Of a stretch of DNA of 64,000 bases, positions 28,861-44,026 are shown piece by piece. The notes below the pieces were generated by a model, which had not been told where the DNA came from, made no database searches, and saw nothing but the letters and a program-made list of their open reading frames with translations. The stretch is from Chrysomallon squamiferum (taxonomy: Eukaryota; Animalia; Mollusca): the NCBI GenBank assembly GCA_012295275.1, contig CM022674.1, positions 4,216,001-4,280,000 on the forward strand. Reading direction: 5' to 3'. Both the position numbers and the translations under genes were made by a program. How positions within the stretch are numbered: the first letter of the stretch is position 1; the number at the start of each line of letters is the position of its first letter.

Positions 28861-28908
<48 letters not shown>
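28455..28908. repeat. fold-back (palindromic) element, arms ~28455-28610 and ~28720-28908
   Basis: tatccttctttttgcctgccttttcagacggtctatctcactg vs reverse complement tatccttctttttgtctgccttctcaggcgatttgtctcattg; T-rich and poly-A ends; (TATC)n/(TA)n centre. Confidence 0.9.
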
Positions 28909-28910
<2 letters not shown>

Positions 28911-29293
28911 GTGTCGTCACCATGACTACAAAAGAGAATTAACTCTACGTTGTCCAAGACAAATGGGAACCGCCTCGCTCTTATTAACGCCGAAATCCAA
29001 AGTAGCCAGATAAATTCCGCCGAGCTCTCTTACGTCACAGTGTCGACACGGCGGTCATTTATTCCGTTATTTCAATTTTCTTTTCTAAATTAGATGTCGC
29101 GTGTTTCGTTCGGGGTTCGCGTGGCCAGGCCAGAGTCGTGACATGATTGAAATATGATCAATAGAGAGGTGAAGAGCCAAAGTGAAAACCGTGATTCCAA
29201 CCTGATGGTGAATTATGTTTTTTTTTTTATTTAATGTTTTTTGTTTTTTTTATAATTTTTTTCTGTCCCTTCGATTCAAATTTTCTTTTCTTG

Positions 29294-29571
<278 letters not shown>

Positions 29572-29965
29572 TGTGTTAAATTTCGTTTATTAATATTGAC
29601 TGAAATACAGGGTAAAAATGTAGAACAGTGGTGCCGAACCTCTGATTCATAAAGCTTGTACATTAAGACAGTCGTAAACGAAGTTCAAGACTTGCGAGTA
29701 AAACTGATATCCGAAATAAAAAGCAGACGTGATTGGTGACGGATGATTGTAATTAAACACAACTTACACGAACACTGAATTTTTAACATGATTAGTACAT
29801 ATTTTCCCAGCATTTTCTATGTACGGTCATAATTTAAATAACATTTACTTCAGAAATAATCAGTAAATGTTGTTAGTTTGTGAGTTTTATACATAAATAC
29901 AAACATACATATATATATATACGTTTGTTTATGTATATCTATCTATCTATGTATCTATGCGTGTA

Positions 29966-29996
<31 letters not shown>

Positions 29997-30157
29997 AGTA
30001 GTAGTAGTAGTAATAGAAATAGTAGAGCAGTAGCAGCAGTAGGAAGAGTAGTAATAGTATTATTTATAATATACAGACACACATACACACAAAAGTGTAT
30101 ATTTTAATGCAGCCATTTAAATATTTCTAGCACTAGTAGTAGTTTTAGTGGTGGTAG

Positions 30158-30193
<36 letters not shown>

Positions 30194-30745
30194 ATAGTAG
30201 TAATTATAAAAAAATTATGGCGTCAGTGATAAATTTAACTGAAACAAAAAGCATGAAGAAAATTAATATGTTTATAGTCGAAATATCACCGACGCCATTT
30301 CGTCTAATTAGAAATTCATTAAACAAAACGGAACAAAAAGTTAGCAGTTTAACATCATAAAATCCTCATATAACAAACATAACCTGTGATGATAGGCAAT
30401 AATATTCATATCAAAACAACATTTTACAAAATGATTGATTATAACACAGTTAAGGTTTCTTCATAGGAATTAATAACCGTAATTTCTTCATAGAAATTAA
30501 TAACCGTAATTGATTAAATACTCATTTTAATATTGTTTAAATAAACATCTAAAACTTTTTGGAAACGAAAGAGAGAAATAATTAGTCGAAAGAGCCAACG
30601 CCCTGTGACATTTGATGCATTTTGCGTGACGTCAGAAAGAGATTAATGGAAATGAGGCAACATTACTAAAGATAATGTCATTTGTAAGTGTTTCTCAAAG
30701 GCATTATAATGAAGTGAAATATAAACATAACTTGTTTTACATTCT

Positions 30746-30818
<73 letters not shown>

Positions 30819-31057
30819 GTTATAAAACAGTAGTCGTTGTTGCATCAGTTCTAGCAGTAACAGTAGTAGTAGCAGTAATAATGATGATGGCAACGATGAT
30901 GAAGATGATAATAAGTAATAATAGTAGCAGATGTAGGAATAATAATGGTAATCGGAATAATAGTAACAATTATAATAAAAACAACAACTGTAGTAAAAGC
31001 AGTAGTATTAGTTTTAGTCGCAGTACAGCAGCAGCAGCAGCAGCAGTAGTAATAGTC

Positions 31058-31098
<41 letters not shown>

Positions 31099-31236
31099 CG
31101 TAAGAAGAAATAGCTAAACCGCCAACAACAATAATTACAGAATGTTGTTTTGTTTCATCGATTGTTAATGATTATAGTTTATAGTAGCTAGGTACACCGT
31201 AAAACCACCACAACCATCAACAACAACAGCAACAAC

Positions 31237-31286
<50 letters not shown>

Positions 31287-31659
31287 TAATAACAATAACA
31301 ATATCTTTAGGCATACGTTCTATCGATTGTTACTTATGGCTGTTCACGGTAATCAACCAGACCGGAAACTGGACATATTACTTCCTGTTTGCTTAGATTT
31401 CATAAATGTTATTTTTTTCCCACGTTGCTTTGTTGCAGTTTTTGTGTAATTACATGCTATTGTCACGTACAGGGCGAGTGCATTGTTTTCAAAACAATAA
31501 CCAGTGTTATATTGCCGTTCCCTTTTTACATCAGATATCAGTGTAAATTTGCTTGTTAGGCTGTTGTTTACATTTTTTTGTCTCTGCCCCTCGTCTATTG
31601 TTTTCTTTTAGACGAAGGTCCTTAGTGTAATTAGATGTTATATGCATGTATGTGTCTAC

Positions 31660-31690
<31 letters not shown>

Positions 31691-32649
31691 ATGGATGTCT
31701 ATATATATAAGCACCCGCATTCCCGCTCATACACATGTATATATATATGTATATATATATATATAGGTATATTATTTATGTATGTGTGTTCTTATGCACA
31801 CACACACACACACACACATACACACACACACACACATATATATTTTGTATTTATGTCAAATCTCAATATGGTTTCTACCTAGATATCTTCCTTTACTGTG
31901 ATCAATATCAAATTTTCAGCAGATATTAAATATCAGTAATAATCTCTCAAAGGGCTTGTCATCTATTTTACGAGTAGTAAATTTCTCCTGTGGTTATTGA
32001 CTGATTGGTCATCGAGGTCACTTCAGTGGTCAGTTCGTGACAGCGATGTTGCTGGACAGTGTCCAAGATGACACAGGTTTTAACAGATGGCTGAAGTCAT
32101 GCAGTGCATTTTGCTTTCTTTTCGACTAGCCAAGAATTTTTTAGTTTTGTTTCCGTTTATCTGTTTGTGTTGCTGTTTGTCTGTCTGTGACGTTCTCCCT
32201 TCTATCTGTATGTCCATCCAGCTGTTAACTTGTAAAACTGAATTTGGGAAAATTTGTGCAGTCTCTTTAACTTTTATAATTCTCTCTTTAATTCGTGTAC
32301 ATACAATCATACATACAAACACATAGGCATAAACGCACTCTCGTAGAAAAGTCATACAAACGCACACACGCAAGCACGCGTACACACAAAAAATATACAA
32401 TCAGAATGACTGATGGAAATCAAAATAAAATAAAATTAAGTGTTTTTGTACCAGCATATGTTAGATAATCCCACCCACCACCAAAAAAACCCAACAAATT
32501 CAAACGAAACACAACAAAAAAACAACAACAACACAAAACAACATCTGTTATTATTACTGCAATAATAGTAGAGGTAGTAGTAGTGGTAGTACTAGTAGTA
32601 GCAGCCGTTGCGGAAGACGTACCAAGACTACTAATGGTTGTGGTGGTAG

Positions 32650-32945
32650 TATTAGTGACATTAGTAGTAATAGTATGGTAGTATTAACAGTCGTAGTAGT
32701 AACTGCAGTAGTAGTGGTATAGTAATAGTAGTAGTAGCAGTAGGAGAAGTAACAGTAGTTGTAGTAGTATAGTAGCAGCAGTAGTAGTAATAATATCAGT
32801 GGTAACAGCTGTAATAATAACACATACTTTTCTATACGTACACATATTTATATAGCTATATATATAAAATGTATATGTATGTATCTATGTATAAGTATTG
32901 CAGTATGTATGAATGTATGTATGTATACATAAACTTACAAAATAA
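32650..32945. repeat. right arm of long-range inverted repeat (partner 7040-7345)
   Basis: Manual alignment over ~300 bp, including non-microsatellite sequence. Confidence 0.88.
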
Positions 32946-33786
32946 ACAAAAACAAAATAATCATAATAATAGTGGCAGTAGTACTTGCAGTAATAGTTGT
33001 AGTAATAGTAACAATATTAGCAGCAGTAACAGTTGAAATACTAGTAATAACAGAAGAAGAAAAATCATAAGAAGAAAATAAAAACGTGAAGAAAGAAACT
33101 AAGATGACGTAACAACTCAATTGCGGTTAACGTCTACAAGAAACTCTCTGGTATCGTTATCCACTGGTTTTCGTCTCAGCTTTTGTCCATTTGACATTTT
33201 CATCTAATCAGCAAATTCCCAATTTCTATTTCCCGGCAATGCGACCCGTGAAATAGTCTATTAATATAATTGAAATCGGATGCACCATTGGTTTCCAATA
33301 TACAGCTTTAGCTTCACCTTTGCGATAAATCGATGGTGTAACGTAGTGTGGGTTTTATGCATTTTGTGTTTTTCTTCGTGTTATTGTGTGGTGTTTTTTC
33401 TTTTTTTATTACTATTGCTGCTATTATTTTTGTTGTTGTCGTTATTATTGCTTATTATTTATTTATTTATTATGTATTTATTTATTTATTCGTTTATTTA
33501 TTTATTTATTATTTATTATTATTGTTGTTGTAGTTGTTGTTGTAGTTGTAGTCATGTTTTTGCTGCTGCTGTTGCTGCTGCTGTTGTTGCTGTTGTTGAC
33601 TACTACCCTTGCTGCTGCTGCTGCTGTTCTTGCTATCGTTGTTGTCGTTGTTAATATCCTCTGTTTGTTTTCCTCAGTTCCTCACATTATTCATTCTTCT
33701 TTCATTTATCCATCTCATTCAAACCTTTGTCCATTCCTTCAGTTATTGCTTTCCTCGTTCATTCTGTGTTTCCAATATACGATTAT

Positions 33787-33828
<42 letters not shown>

Positions 33829-34836
33829 TACATCTTAATTAAAGTAATACGCTCTTTCCATTCAATCATTCTCTGAGTTTGAAAACTATACAAGTAAAAA
33901 TAACATTATTAAACTTTACTGGACACCTTCAGATCCACGCATTTCAGGATCTGTTTCCTTTCACTCATTGACGTATTCTTCATCTTTAAGGCCAAAAATA
34001 CTCATAAAAACGTCCACGCTATTTTTGCCCTCAAAAGTCTTTGGTGTTAAAGTGAGCGTATTAGAAATTTGCGATTTATCATCTTTAACTGAAAACTTTC
34101 AACGCTGACTGCCATTTGCAAGATTGCGTCGAGTCTTCATTCTACTGATTTTCGCATTCTTTAAGGGGGAAAAAAAAAGAAGAAAAACGTCCAAGAAAGC
34201 TTTCGTCACCTGACTGCGTTCATTTCTCTCGCTTGCCCACCAAAGCTCAGCCAAAAAAAACCATGATTAATACTTCTTCTTTTTTCCGCAAATTTATTAC
34301 GACATTTCTTTTGATTCAGCCTGTGTGCAAGATGAATTGTATTTGGCTAGAGCATTTTTTTGTGTGTGTGTTCATTTTTGTTCTTGTTTTATTTGTTGCT
34401 GTTGTCGGGTTTTCTCCGTATTCTTGTTGTGTCTATAAGGTCTTCTTCTACTGCATTTTCTCGACATTTTTCTTGTTCTTGAAAATCATGAACATCATCA
34501 TATTTATTATTATCATCAGTAATGTCATAGGCTGCATCTTTTCTTCGTGTTCTGTTTAATCTTGTTTATTTAATATTATTGCTACTTTTTTTATCATTAT
34601 TTTTCTTCTTCGTCTTCTTGTCCTTTATTTCTTGTTTTGTGTTTCTTTAGCAAGGTTGTTCTTTTATTCGTCTTAATCTTGAGTTCATCTTTTGTTATTC
34701 TTGTTCTGATTTTTAATGCAATATCTTTCTGTATCAGTCACTAGTATCATCGAATACAGAAGAATATCAGAACAGTGTATTATTAATTGTTAATATAATA
34801 AAAATAGTGTTGTAGTAGTAGTAGTAGTAATACTAC

Positions 34837-34880
<44 letters not shown>

Positions 34881-35454
34881 ATAATAATAATAATAATATT
34901 TTTCTTTATTATTATTCATTTCTAGCATTATTCCTGAAATATAATAACTGAACATTCCTGTCACAGGTTTAACCGTTTAACTGAGCTGAACATTTTGTCC
35001 AGTTCAAGTATTATGTCACGTGACACCTCTGTTTCTGACATCACGTCACAAAGTAATATCGTGTCCAGTCTGGCCTCTTATGGCAGGCATACATTCTTCT
35101 CCTCCTGTACGCCATTTGCAAACAGCTTCAGAGCTGAGAAAGATTGTCAAAGGGAAAAACGTTGCTGCTATTTCCAACGCGTATTCCTCGCAACAGAGCT
35201 TTGCAGAGACCAGCGCCATTATCACGAAATGACGGTTAATGAAAAAAAAAAAAAAAAAAAAACGTATCTCTGCGCCTACCGCAAATTGTGTTTTATTTAT
35301 CGGATGCCGAATATAACGTGGACGAGACGGAGACTGTTTGAAAGCTTGTAGTGTGACGTGGGGAAACTTCGAGAATTTGTTCTTGGTTATTTTTAAAAAT
35401 GAAAAAAGAGGACTTGAACAGAGAGCGAAAGGGAAAGAAAGAGCGTGAGATAAA

Positions 35455-35545
35455 CGGAGAGGGGGGAAGAAAAAAAGAGAGAGAGAGAGAGGATGAGAGG
35501 GAGGGAGGGAGGGATGGAGGGAGAGAGGGAGGGGGAGAGAGGAGA

Positions 35546-35599
<54 letters not shown>

Positions 35600-35734
35600 G
35601 GAGGGGGAGGGAGGGAGAGGGAGGGAGGGATAGAGAGAGAGAGAGGGAGAGAGAGAGAGAGAAAGAAAGAGAGAAAGACAGATCGAGAGAGAGAGAGAAG
35701 AAGAGAGAGAGAATTAGAGAGAGAGAGAGGGAGG

Positions 35735-35774
<40 letters not shown>

Positions 35775-35796
35775 TTGTGAGTGAGAGAAAGAGAAT

Positions 35797-35830
<34 letters not shown>
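35455..35830. repeat. long polypurine (GA/GGGA) tract
   Basis: Direct reading. Confidence 0.95.
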
Positions 35831-35838
<8 letters not shown>

Positions 35839-36862
35839 CAGACAAACAGACAGGGAGAGAGAGAGAGTCAGAAAGTCAAATGAGGAGAAAGTATTAAGTG
35901 AAAGAAACAGAAATTGACAGAAAAAAAAGAGAAAGAAAACAAATCAGTGAAGTAAATAACGAAAAACAATAACACACAGAGTCAAGACTAATGATTTAAA
36001 GTACAAGCTTGTGACGCAGTTTCTTACGAGGTGTTACGAAAATACACGAATTAATTAGGAGTCTTCCCATAGCTGAAGTCGTTAATTTCTGGTAATGCTC
36101 CGCGGGGTCGTTAAAACAGAGACAATAAAGACGCAAACGTGTCGTCTCCCAGAAATGTTCGCTATTCTGAGCGGACGTCAACGGAAGTTAACGAAGTTTA
36201 TTTTTAGAAACGGTAACTGCGAAATATGTGTTGACTTCTCGCGTACTGCGTAGCCAGATTCAGTCTGCTTGTCAAGGTGTATGTTTCCTTCTGTTCTAAA
36301 CACACTCATACACATACACATACACACATATACAAATACACACTTTACAGGCAATTACGTACACAGATATACATAAATATACAAATACATATACAAACAC
36401 ACAGAGAAAAACATAAACTGATATATATGTATATATAACACAAAACACACACATACACATATACACGCCCACCCACACCCATCCACACCTACATACATAC
36501 ATACATCTCTCACTCTTTTTCTCTTTTTCTCGTTTAATTACCAGGGTGAGGAAGCAAACACGTTTTTCTACCCGGCTCCAGTTTCTTTGCCCGCAGCTAC
36601 AGAAGTTTAATTTTGTCCACCTTTCATCGCAGACAAATACAAGAATCTTTTAAAAACGTCGCCATTTTCTTGTTTTTCTTTTTTTTTTGTTATCCATTAA
36701 TATCTTCCCTTGAAGGCAGATTGGCTATGACTTGACTAAGAAGATCGGCTTTATTAACAAAGAGTCTCTCGTTTACATCATTTGCAGTGTTCTTTTAAAG
36801 CAGTTCTCGTTTCCAAGGTGATGGGAAGATGGGTAATTTGGAGTGACTGGTTGTTGTTATTG

Positions 36863-36912
<50 letters not shown>

Positions 36913-37399
36913 GTACGTTTGCTCATTTGTATGTTTGAGTTATCTGTTGTAGAAAGAATGGGTATGTATGAATGTGTGTATATCTGTGTATATGTGTGTT
37001 ACTGTGTGTGTTGTGTATGTATGTATGTATTTAGGATTTGAACATTCTCTGTCTTATGTACGTCTGATTAGACTCTGCACTTAGACAATAATATTCACAA
37101 ACACACTGGTGCAGGAGGACAAAGTCCAATAACGACCTCGCAATGAATGTTTGTGTACGTATATAATATTTATCTACGTGCATACAAGTGTATTAAATCT
37201 ACATGTATCTAACATCTCTAAATGAATGTTTTGTACGTAGGTTCTTATGTCTGTATCTATCTACGTATGTATCAATCTGTGTATGCAAAGCACACGCCAC
37301 CACCTATTCATCCATCTATCCATCCATCCATCCATCCATCCATTTGTCAGTTCATCAATCTATCATTTCTAAGCTCTTCAAACAATCATTCTCACGATC

Positions 37400-37437
<38 letters not shown>

Positions 37438-37530
37438 AATTACAAAAAAAAAGTAAAATCAACATTTAGAAAGTGCTCATGAACAGAGCAAAACGTAGTC
37501 GTAAATTTACGTAATAAAAGATCTGAATAC

Positions 37531-37564
<34 letters not shown>

Positions 37565-38599
37565 GCTGACAGAGAGACTGACAGCTTAGCGAGAAAAGGG
37601 AGACGAGTCCAGTCTTTGAACTCAAACATTAACTTAATAACTCAATTTGATTTGTGCAAATACCCGACATCGATAACGGCTCGGCGAAATCTATTTGTAA
37701 TCTCGTTACCTTACTGCTCGGAAATCATCTTAACACTGCGGAAAATGTGTCTGTAATGAGCCGGAGGAGAGGTCCATGTGAGAAGAATGTTGGTGGCTGT
37801 GGTAGTAGTAGTGGTGGTCGTGATGGTGATGGTGATGGTGATGTGGTGGGGTGGTGGTGGTTGGTGTGGTGGTGACGATTGTGAGATGATGGTGTAGTAG
37901 TTTAGTTGTTGTTTATGTTGGTGGTGATGGTGGTTATGGTGAATGCAGTAGCGTTTATTTGTTTATTAATATTTCATGCCTGTTTCTACGTAATTTGTAT
38001 ATTTTTTAAAAATATCATATGCCTGTTTCTACGTCATATTTTTTTATATTAATAATATATAATCTATTTCTGCACCATTTATGTCTTTAGTAATATCTGA
38101 TGGCCTACCACTGCGTTATTTGTTCGTTAATACTTGTGTTTTGATTCTCTACCATTTTTGATATTTGTATCTACGTCATATTTTTCTCTTTTTTTTTCTT
38201 ATTTTTTTTCTTCTTCTTCTTCTTCTTATTATTATTTGCTTTCTGGTCTGTTTTTTTTATTATTATTTTTTTTTTATTTTTAATATCATTCGTTTGTCAA
38301 TTATTGCTCGCTGTTATTACGTAATTTATCTCAATGTTATTTCTGGCTTCTCGCTCTTCGCACAAGACGACTGTTCCCTATTCGCGCAAAACATTTCTGT
38401 TTAAGTAATTACCTCATAACAGGCAAAGGATTCGCCCGTCAGTTGATGTCGTCAGTGTCAAAGAACACGGATGGAGATCGTAAATCATTTTTTTGTCAGC
38501 TAAAAGAAAACGACGTCAGAGAAAAACTGAATTACACTGTGCAGTAGTTTTCAACAATTTCTGTGGTTTAGCAATCGTTACATCACAGTTTAATATATC

Positions 38600-39585
38600 G
38601 TTTATGTTTAACACCGGTCGATAGTATATCGTTATATTTAATAATCGATCGATATTCTGTCCTTTATATGTTAATGTTTAAAATCGATCGGTAATGTATC
38701 GTTTATTTTAATGTTTAATATCGATCGATAATATATCGTTTTATAATAACGTTTAATATCGATCGATATTATATCGCCTGTATTGATGCTTAATTTCGAT
38801 CGATGGTATCATTGTTTTTATATGCTTAACGTTACTGCTTTGGTCAATAATATAGTTAGTATGACTGCGTGAATGTCCATTGCATCACTGAGTTTTGTTT
38901 TGTATCGTTAATGTTCTCGTTTTATATCGTCGATATTACTGTATTCTAAATCATTATTATCGATTATATAGTTAATATTCATAATAGCTTTGTGTTTAAT
39001 GATGTCGTTTTATATATCCTGTATATTACTTTATATCCTTAATATTATATTTGATTGTTTAATTGTAGAAATACTGATAGTGTGGCTACGGGCAATTTCA
39101 TGTTGATATCGATAATATGATCATGATTAATATCACTTTAATATCGTTAATATTAGTGATTTTCAATTTGCTAAGACCAATGTGTTCATTTATATCAGTA
39201 TGGTTAACATTAATATCGCTTAATTTGATGTCGATAACAACAGTGAGTTCTAATACAATTAATATCATTGTGAAGAATCGACATTAGCACTCTGTATTTT
39301 AATATCGATATTATCCCTACTGTTAATATAATTAATTTAACTGCCTTTATATCGTTAACAGAATATGTTTTAACGGAGAAAATATGAACGACTAATATTA
39401 TCCATGCATCTAATTATTGTTGGTTAATATCGTTAATATTACTGAGGCATCTGTTAATATTAACAAACTAAGTATCATCACTATAGCCATAAGATATTAT
39501 TTCCACATTCAATAACATCGCGATGTTTAGTATCGATAACATCGGCTTGATATCGATAATATCGGCTTGATATCGATAACATCGT
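38600..39585. repeat. ATCGAT-rich degenerate satellite (~38-bp units at 38644-38805; 20-bp units at 39531-39585)
   Basis: tcgatcg core at ~38644, 38683, 38720, 38758 and 38796; tatcgataa(c/t)atcg three times. Confidence 0.75.
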
Positions 39586-40113
39586 TGTAAACGTCACTGA
39601 CATCCAGAGAGACGACTAATAACAAAATGGCGTTCAGTTCTGTCTGCGGGTGAAAATTAGCGAGTTTAGTGTCTTAAATATTTCTTTTGTCACTGTGTGA
39701 TGTATCGTGCTAGTGTCATAGCAACGTTAATTTACTTAACTCAGTAACCCACTTACTTAAATAAGTGTAGAGGTTGACTGTGTAAGCGTGCTCACAGATA
39801 ATTCATAAATAGAGCATATTCACTGACTTTTTCCTTACACACACTTGTCTCTCTCTCTCTGTGTGTGTGTGTGTGTAAATGTGTATGTATGAACGTATCT
39901 ATATTCACACATGCACAAACAAACACACATTAAGACATGCACAAACACACACGTTCACACATACATACACACACGCACATCTCCCACACATTATCAGTAG
40001 TAGTAGATGGTTGGCGACATATAGATGGATGGTTTTATGTATATATATGTATACATGTACGTATGTATGTATGTATGCATGTATGTATGTTTGTATGTAT
40101 GTATGTATGTATG

Positions 40114-40144
<31 letters not shown>

Positions 40145-40835
40145 GTATGTATGTATGTATGTATGTATATGTGTGTGTTTGTGTGTGTGTTTCTATATAT
40201 ATACCTATATATATAGAGATAGATAAACAGACAGATAGAAAGATAGATAGAAAGATAGATAGATAGATAGACATAATTACATGAATGAATGGATCGATGA
40301 ATGGATATATAAATAGACAGAGAATAGACTCAAAAATACACCGAAAAACAAAAATCGTACACCAGTGTATATTCTGACCCATTTAGTAAGACTTCTTCGG
40401 TTTGATATATCATCGGCAACGATCTACTTCGTCGTGAGTTTTCTAAATATATGACAGTCTCTGTATTTGGCATGTTATAAGTCTTCTTCATCGTGCGTGC
40501 TAAGGTCAATACAGAACGCTGTTGGAAGATGTGTATAAACAAAGTAACTTTGAACCAGTTTTACAACAATATGACAGTTGAGTAATCAGAGGTGCTGCCC
40601 AGGACAAGCTTGTTTTAACCTAAATATTCCGATTGCGACGGAGTTTAATATGATTAATGTTGCTGTTCTGTTAGCGTGTGATGTATCGGGACAGTGTCAT
40701 CCTAGCATTTATCTGATGAACTCAGTAACCTAGTTGTATATGCCTCTTTTGAACTGGTTGTTTAATATATATATATATATATATATATACGCTTAGGTAG
40801 TATGCAAATAAAGACATGTTTACTTCTACTACTAT

Positions 40836-40871
<36 letters not shown>

Positions 40872-41176
40872 GTAACAAGAAATGCATTTAAGAGGAATTC
40901 AGAAGCAAAGAAGGATTTATACAGGGCGGTACGGATGGATTAATGAACAGACAGCATGTACACTTTGGCTGATAGATATACATGTATTGAAATGCCGGGG
41001 GTAGTATGTATCTAGATAAACAGATGTTCAATGATCAATGAATATACTATATACGTAGAGATAAATGACATTTAAAAAAAAATATAAATATATATATATT
41101 TTTTAATTTTTTAATTATTTTATTGCTATTATTTTTTTATCACAATGATAAAAAGGTCACTTATACCCTATTAAAC

Positions 41177-41270
<94 letters not shown>

Positions 41271-41305
41271 CTGTCTGTCTCTCTCTCTGTCTCTCTGTGT
41301 GTTTG

Positions 41306-41432
<127 letters not shown>

Positions 41433-41831
41433 ATTTGTAACAGTATTACACAAGTGTTTTGTCAGATTAATAAGAACATCACTGCATCTTCAGGTTTCCA
41501 TACAACGTATGCGTAGTTCAGATGACAGAAATGTGACTTAAAGTAAAAGCTGATCAACAAAACACCAAGACAACAACAAACAAACGTCAAGAGAAAGTTT
41601 TTCATTAGGAAATACTGTGAAAGAGATGAGGAATCAGAGATAGGGCCAGACACTGGATGAAAGGACATTACACTGTGCCACTTGTAAGAACTTAATTAAA
41701 CATTCCACTTGCCTTTGCATTTGTCACTAATGATATATTAACAGTGTGTCTACATCTGTAATAATTTAATATAAGTTTTTTGTGTGTATGTGAGTTTCTA
41801 TACATACTTACGTACGTACGTACACACATGA

Positions 41832-41864
<33 letters not shown>

Positions 41865-42440
41865 TATATTATATATACACACATACACACATACATACAT
41901 AGATGCACAGATATATACAGACACACATACATGCATACATACATATATACAAACACATACATATATACATACATTCAGAGACCCGTACAGACAGACAGAC
42001 TCACAGACAGACACGAAATAAGCGTGTATCTTCTTTTTTTGAGAAGAGATTGTTCAATTTATCAGCAAGGTCATTTGTTCTGTCTGATTAAAGAAAAACT
42101 AATATTTGTTTTTTTGTTCCCATTTTCAAAACGTGTTTTATCTCTCATGGACAAAAAAACCCAAACTGATTCCGGTAAAAGATGAGACACATATTTAATT
42201 CAGAGAAAGAAAGAAAACGAGAACAAAAACCAAACCAAACAAATCAGAATGAATGAAAAAATGGTGAAAAGAAAAACAGAAGAAAAATGAAGAAAAATAA
42301 AAGAAAATAAAGAACAAGAAATTTTTTTCTTTTGATAATAACATATGAATTAATAAAAAATAATTAAAACAGAATGTTTAAAAAAAAAAAAAAAAAAAAA
42401 AATCAAAAAGTTGGTTATAAAAAAAATCAATAAATAGGTT

Positions 42441-42442
42441 AA

Positions 42443-42497
<55 letters not shown>

Positions 42498-42504
42498 ACA
42501 AAAA

Positions 42505-42563
<59 letters not shown>

Positions 42564-42578
42564 ACAAATAAACAAAAA

Positions 42579-42649
<71 letters not shown>

Positions 42650-42680
42650 ACAAATAAAAAAATAAATAAATAAATAAATA
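42441..42680. repeat. (AAAT)n microsatellite
   Basis: Direct reading. Confidence 0.97.
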
Positions 42681-43981
42681 TTAATAATAATAATAAATAA
42701 AAAAGTTAAATAACAAAAAAAGTTTAAAAAACCCAAATCACACACACACACAAAAAAAACACACACCAAAAAACAAAAATCGCTTTAGAATCTCTTGACT
42801 AAATTCCGCAATCATTTAATTATTACAACTCATTTTTTTTTTTTTTTTTTACTTCACTGAGGCCTGAGGCCAAAGTACGGAATGTCAATATTATTTTGAC
42901 GTGGCTGAGAAGACGTTTGCAACCGTGGACAATATCTGACGAAAGACGTTGTCTCTTTTAACATAGTTAAAACAGCTTCAAGGCTCTTTCCAGCAGATTC
43001 ACAAAGGAAACAGCAGGTCAGAACTTGAAGTAAATTGGGAGCGAGGGGAAATGACGAGAACGACAAGGAATAAAGAGAAAAAAAAAAAAAAAAAAAAAAA
43101 AAAATCGAGGTTATGTCTTTTGACAGTCTTTTCAGAAGTGATATTCTAACCAGAGGCTCTGAAGAGTCATTTTTCAATCTTTGCGTCTTTGTTTCTTTTT
43201 AATTTCTATTTCTTTTTTTCTTTCTTTCTCTCTTCATTTAGATAATCTGTTATGACATAAAAAAAAAGAAAGAAAAAAGAAAAAGAGTTAAATCTTTTTC
43301 TATTTTTCTTCTTCTTTCTTCTTCTGAGAAATGTCATGTATGTTCTATAGTTTTTGTGCAAATAGGTTATGTGTTTTGTTTGTAGAATATAGATCGAGAG
43401 GCATGGATGGAGAAAACTGGGGAGATAAAACAACATTTGCTGTTCAGTATTTGATTATGTGGACCATCAAAGATTCAGTTTTTGTAAGTTCCTCGTGAAC
43501 TTGAAAAAGAGATTTACTTCCTTTCGCCACGTGAATGCAGTGTTTGATTTTCGCTTTCTCTCTGTTTCTCTCTGATTCTGTCAATCTTTTTTTTCTTTTT
43601 CCTTGTGTTTCAAATACTGACGGCATAAAACAGAGTACGAATTACAAACCAAATAAAAACGAACGGACGAACGAACGAATGAATGAACGAACGATTGAAT
43701 GAACGAACGGTTGAATGAATGAATAAATAAGTAAACAGGCAAGTAAATAAATAAAATAAAAATTTGTTAAAAGTGTACAATAATCTTTTTTTTCTTTTTA
43801 GTAAATAAAATTATTCACCACAATCACTGACACCGTAGTGTTGACCATTTTACATTCATCTTCATCATCATCATCATCATCATCATAATTATCATTATCA
43901 CATAATAGTCTGTATTTCGCCATTATTATCATTTTAATTCAGATATCATTACTATTATCATCATCGTAATACTATTATTAC

Positions 43982-44026
<45 letters not shown>

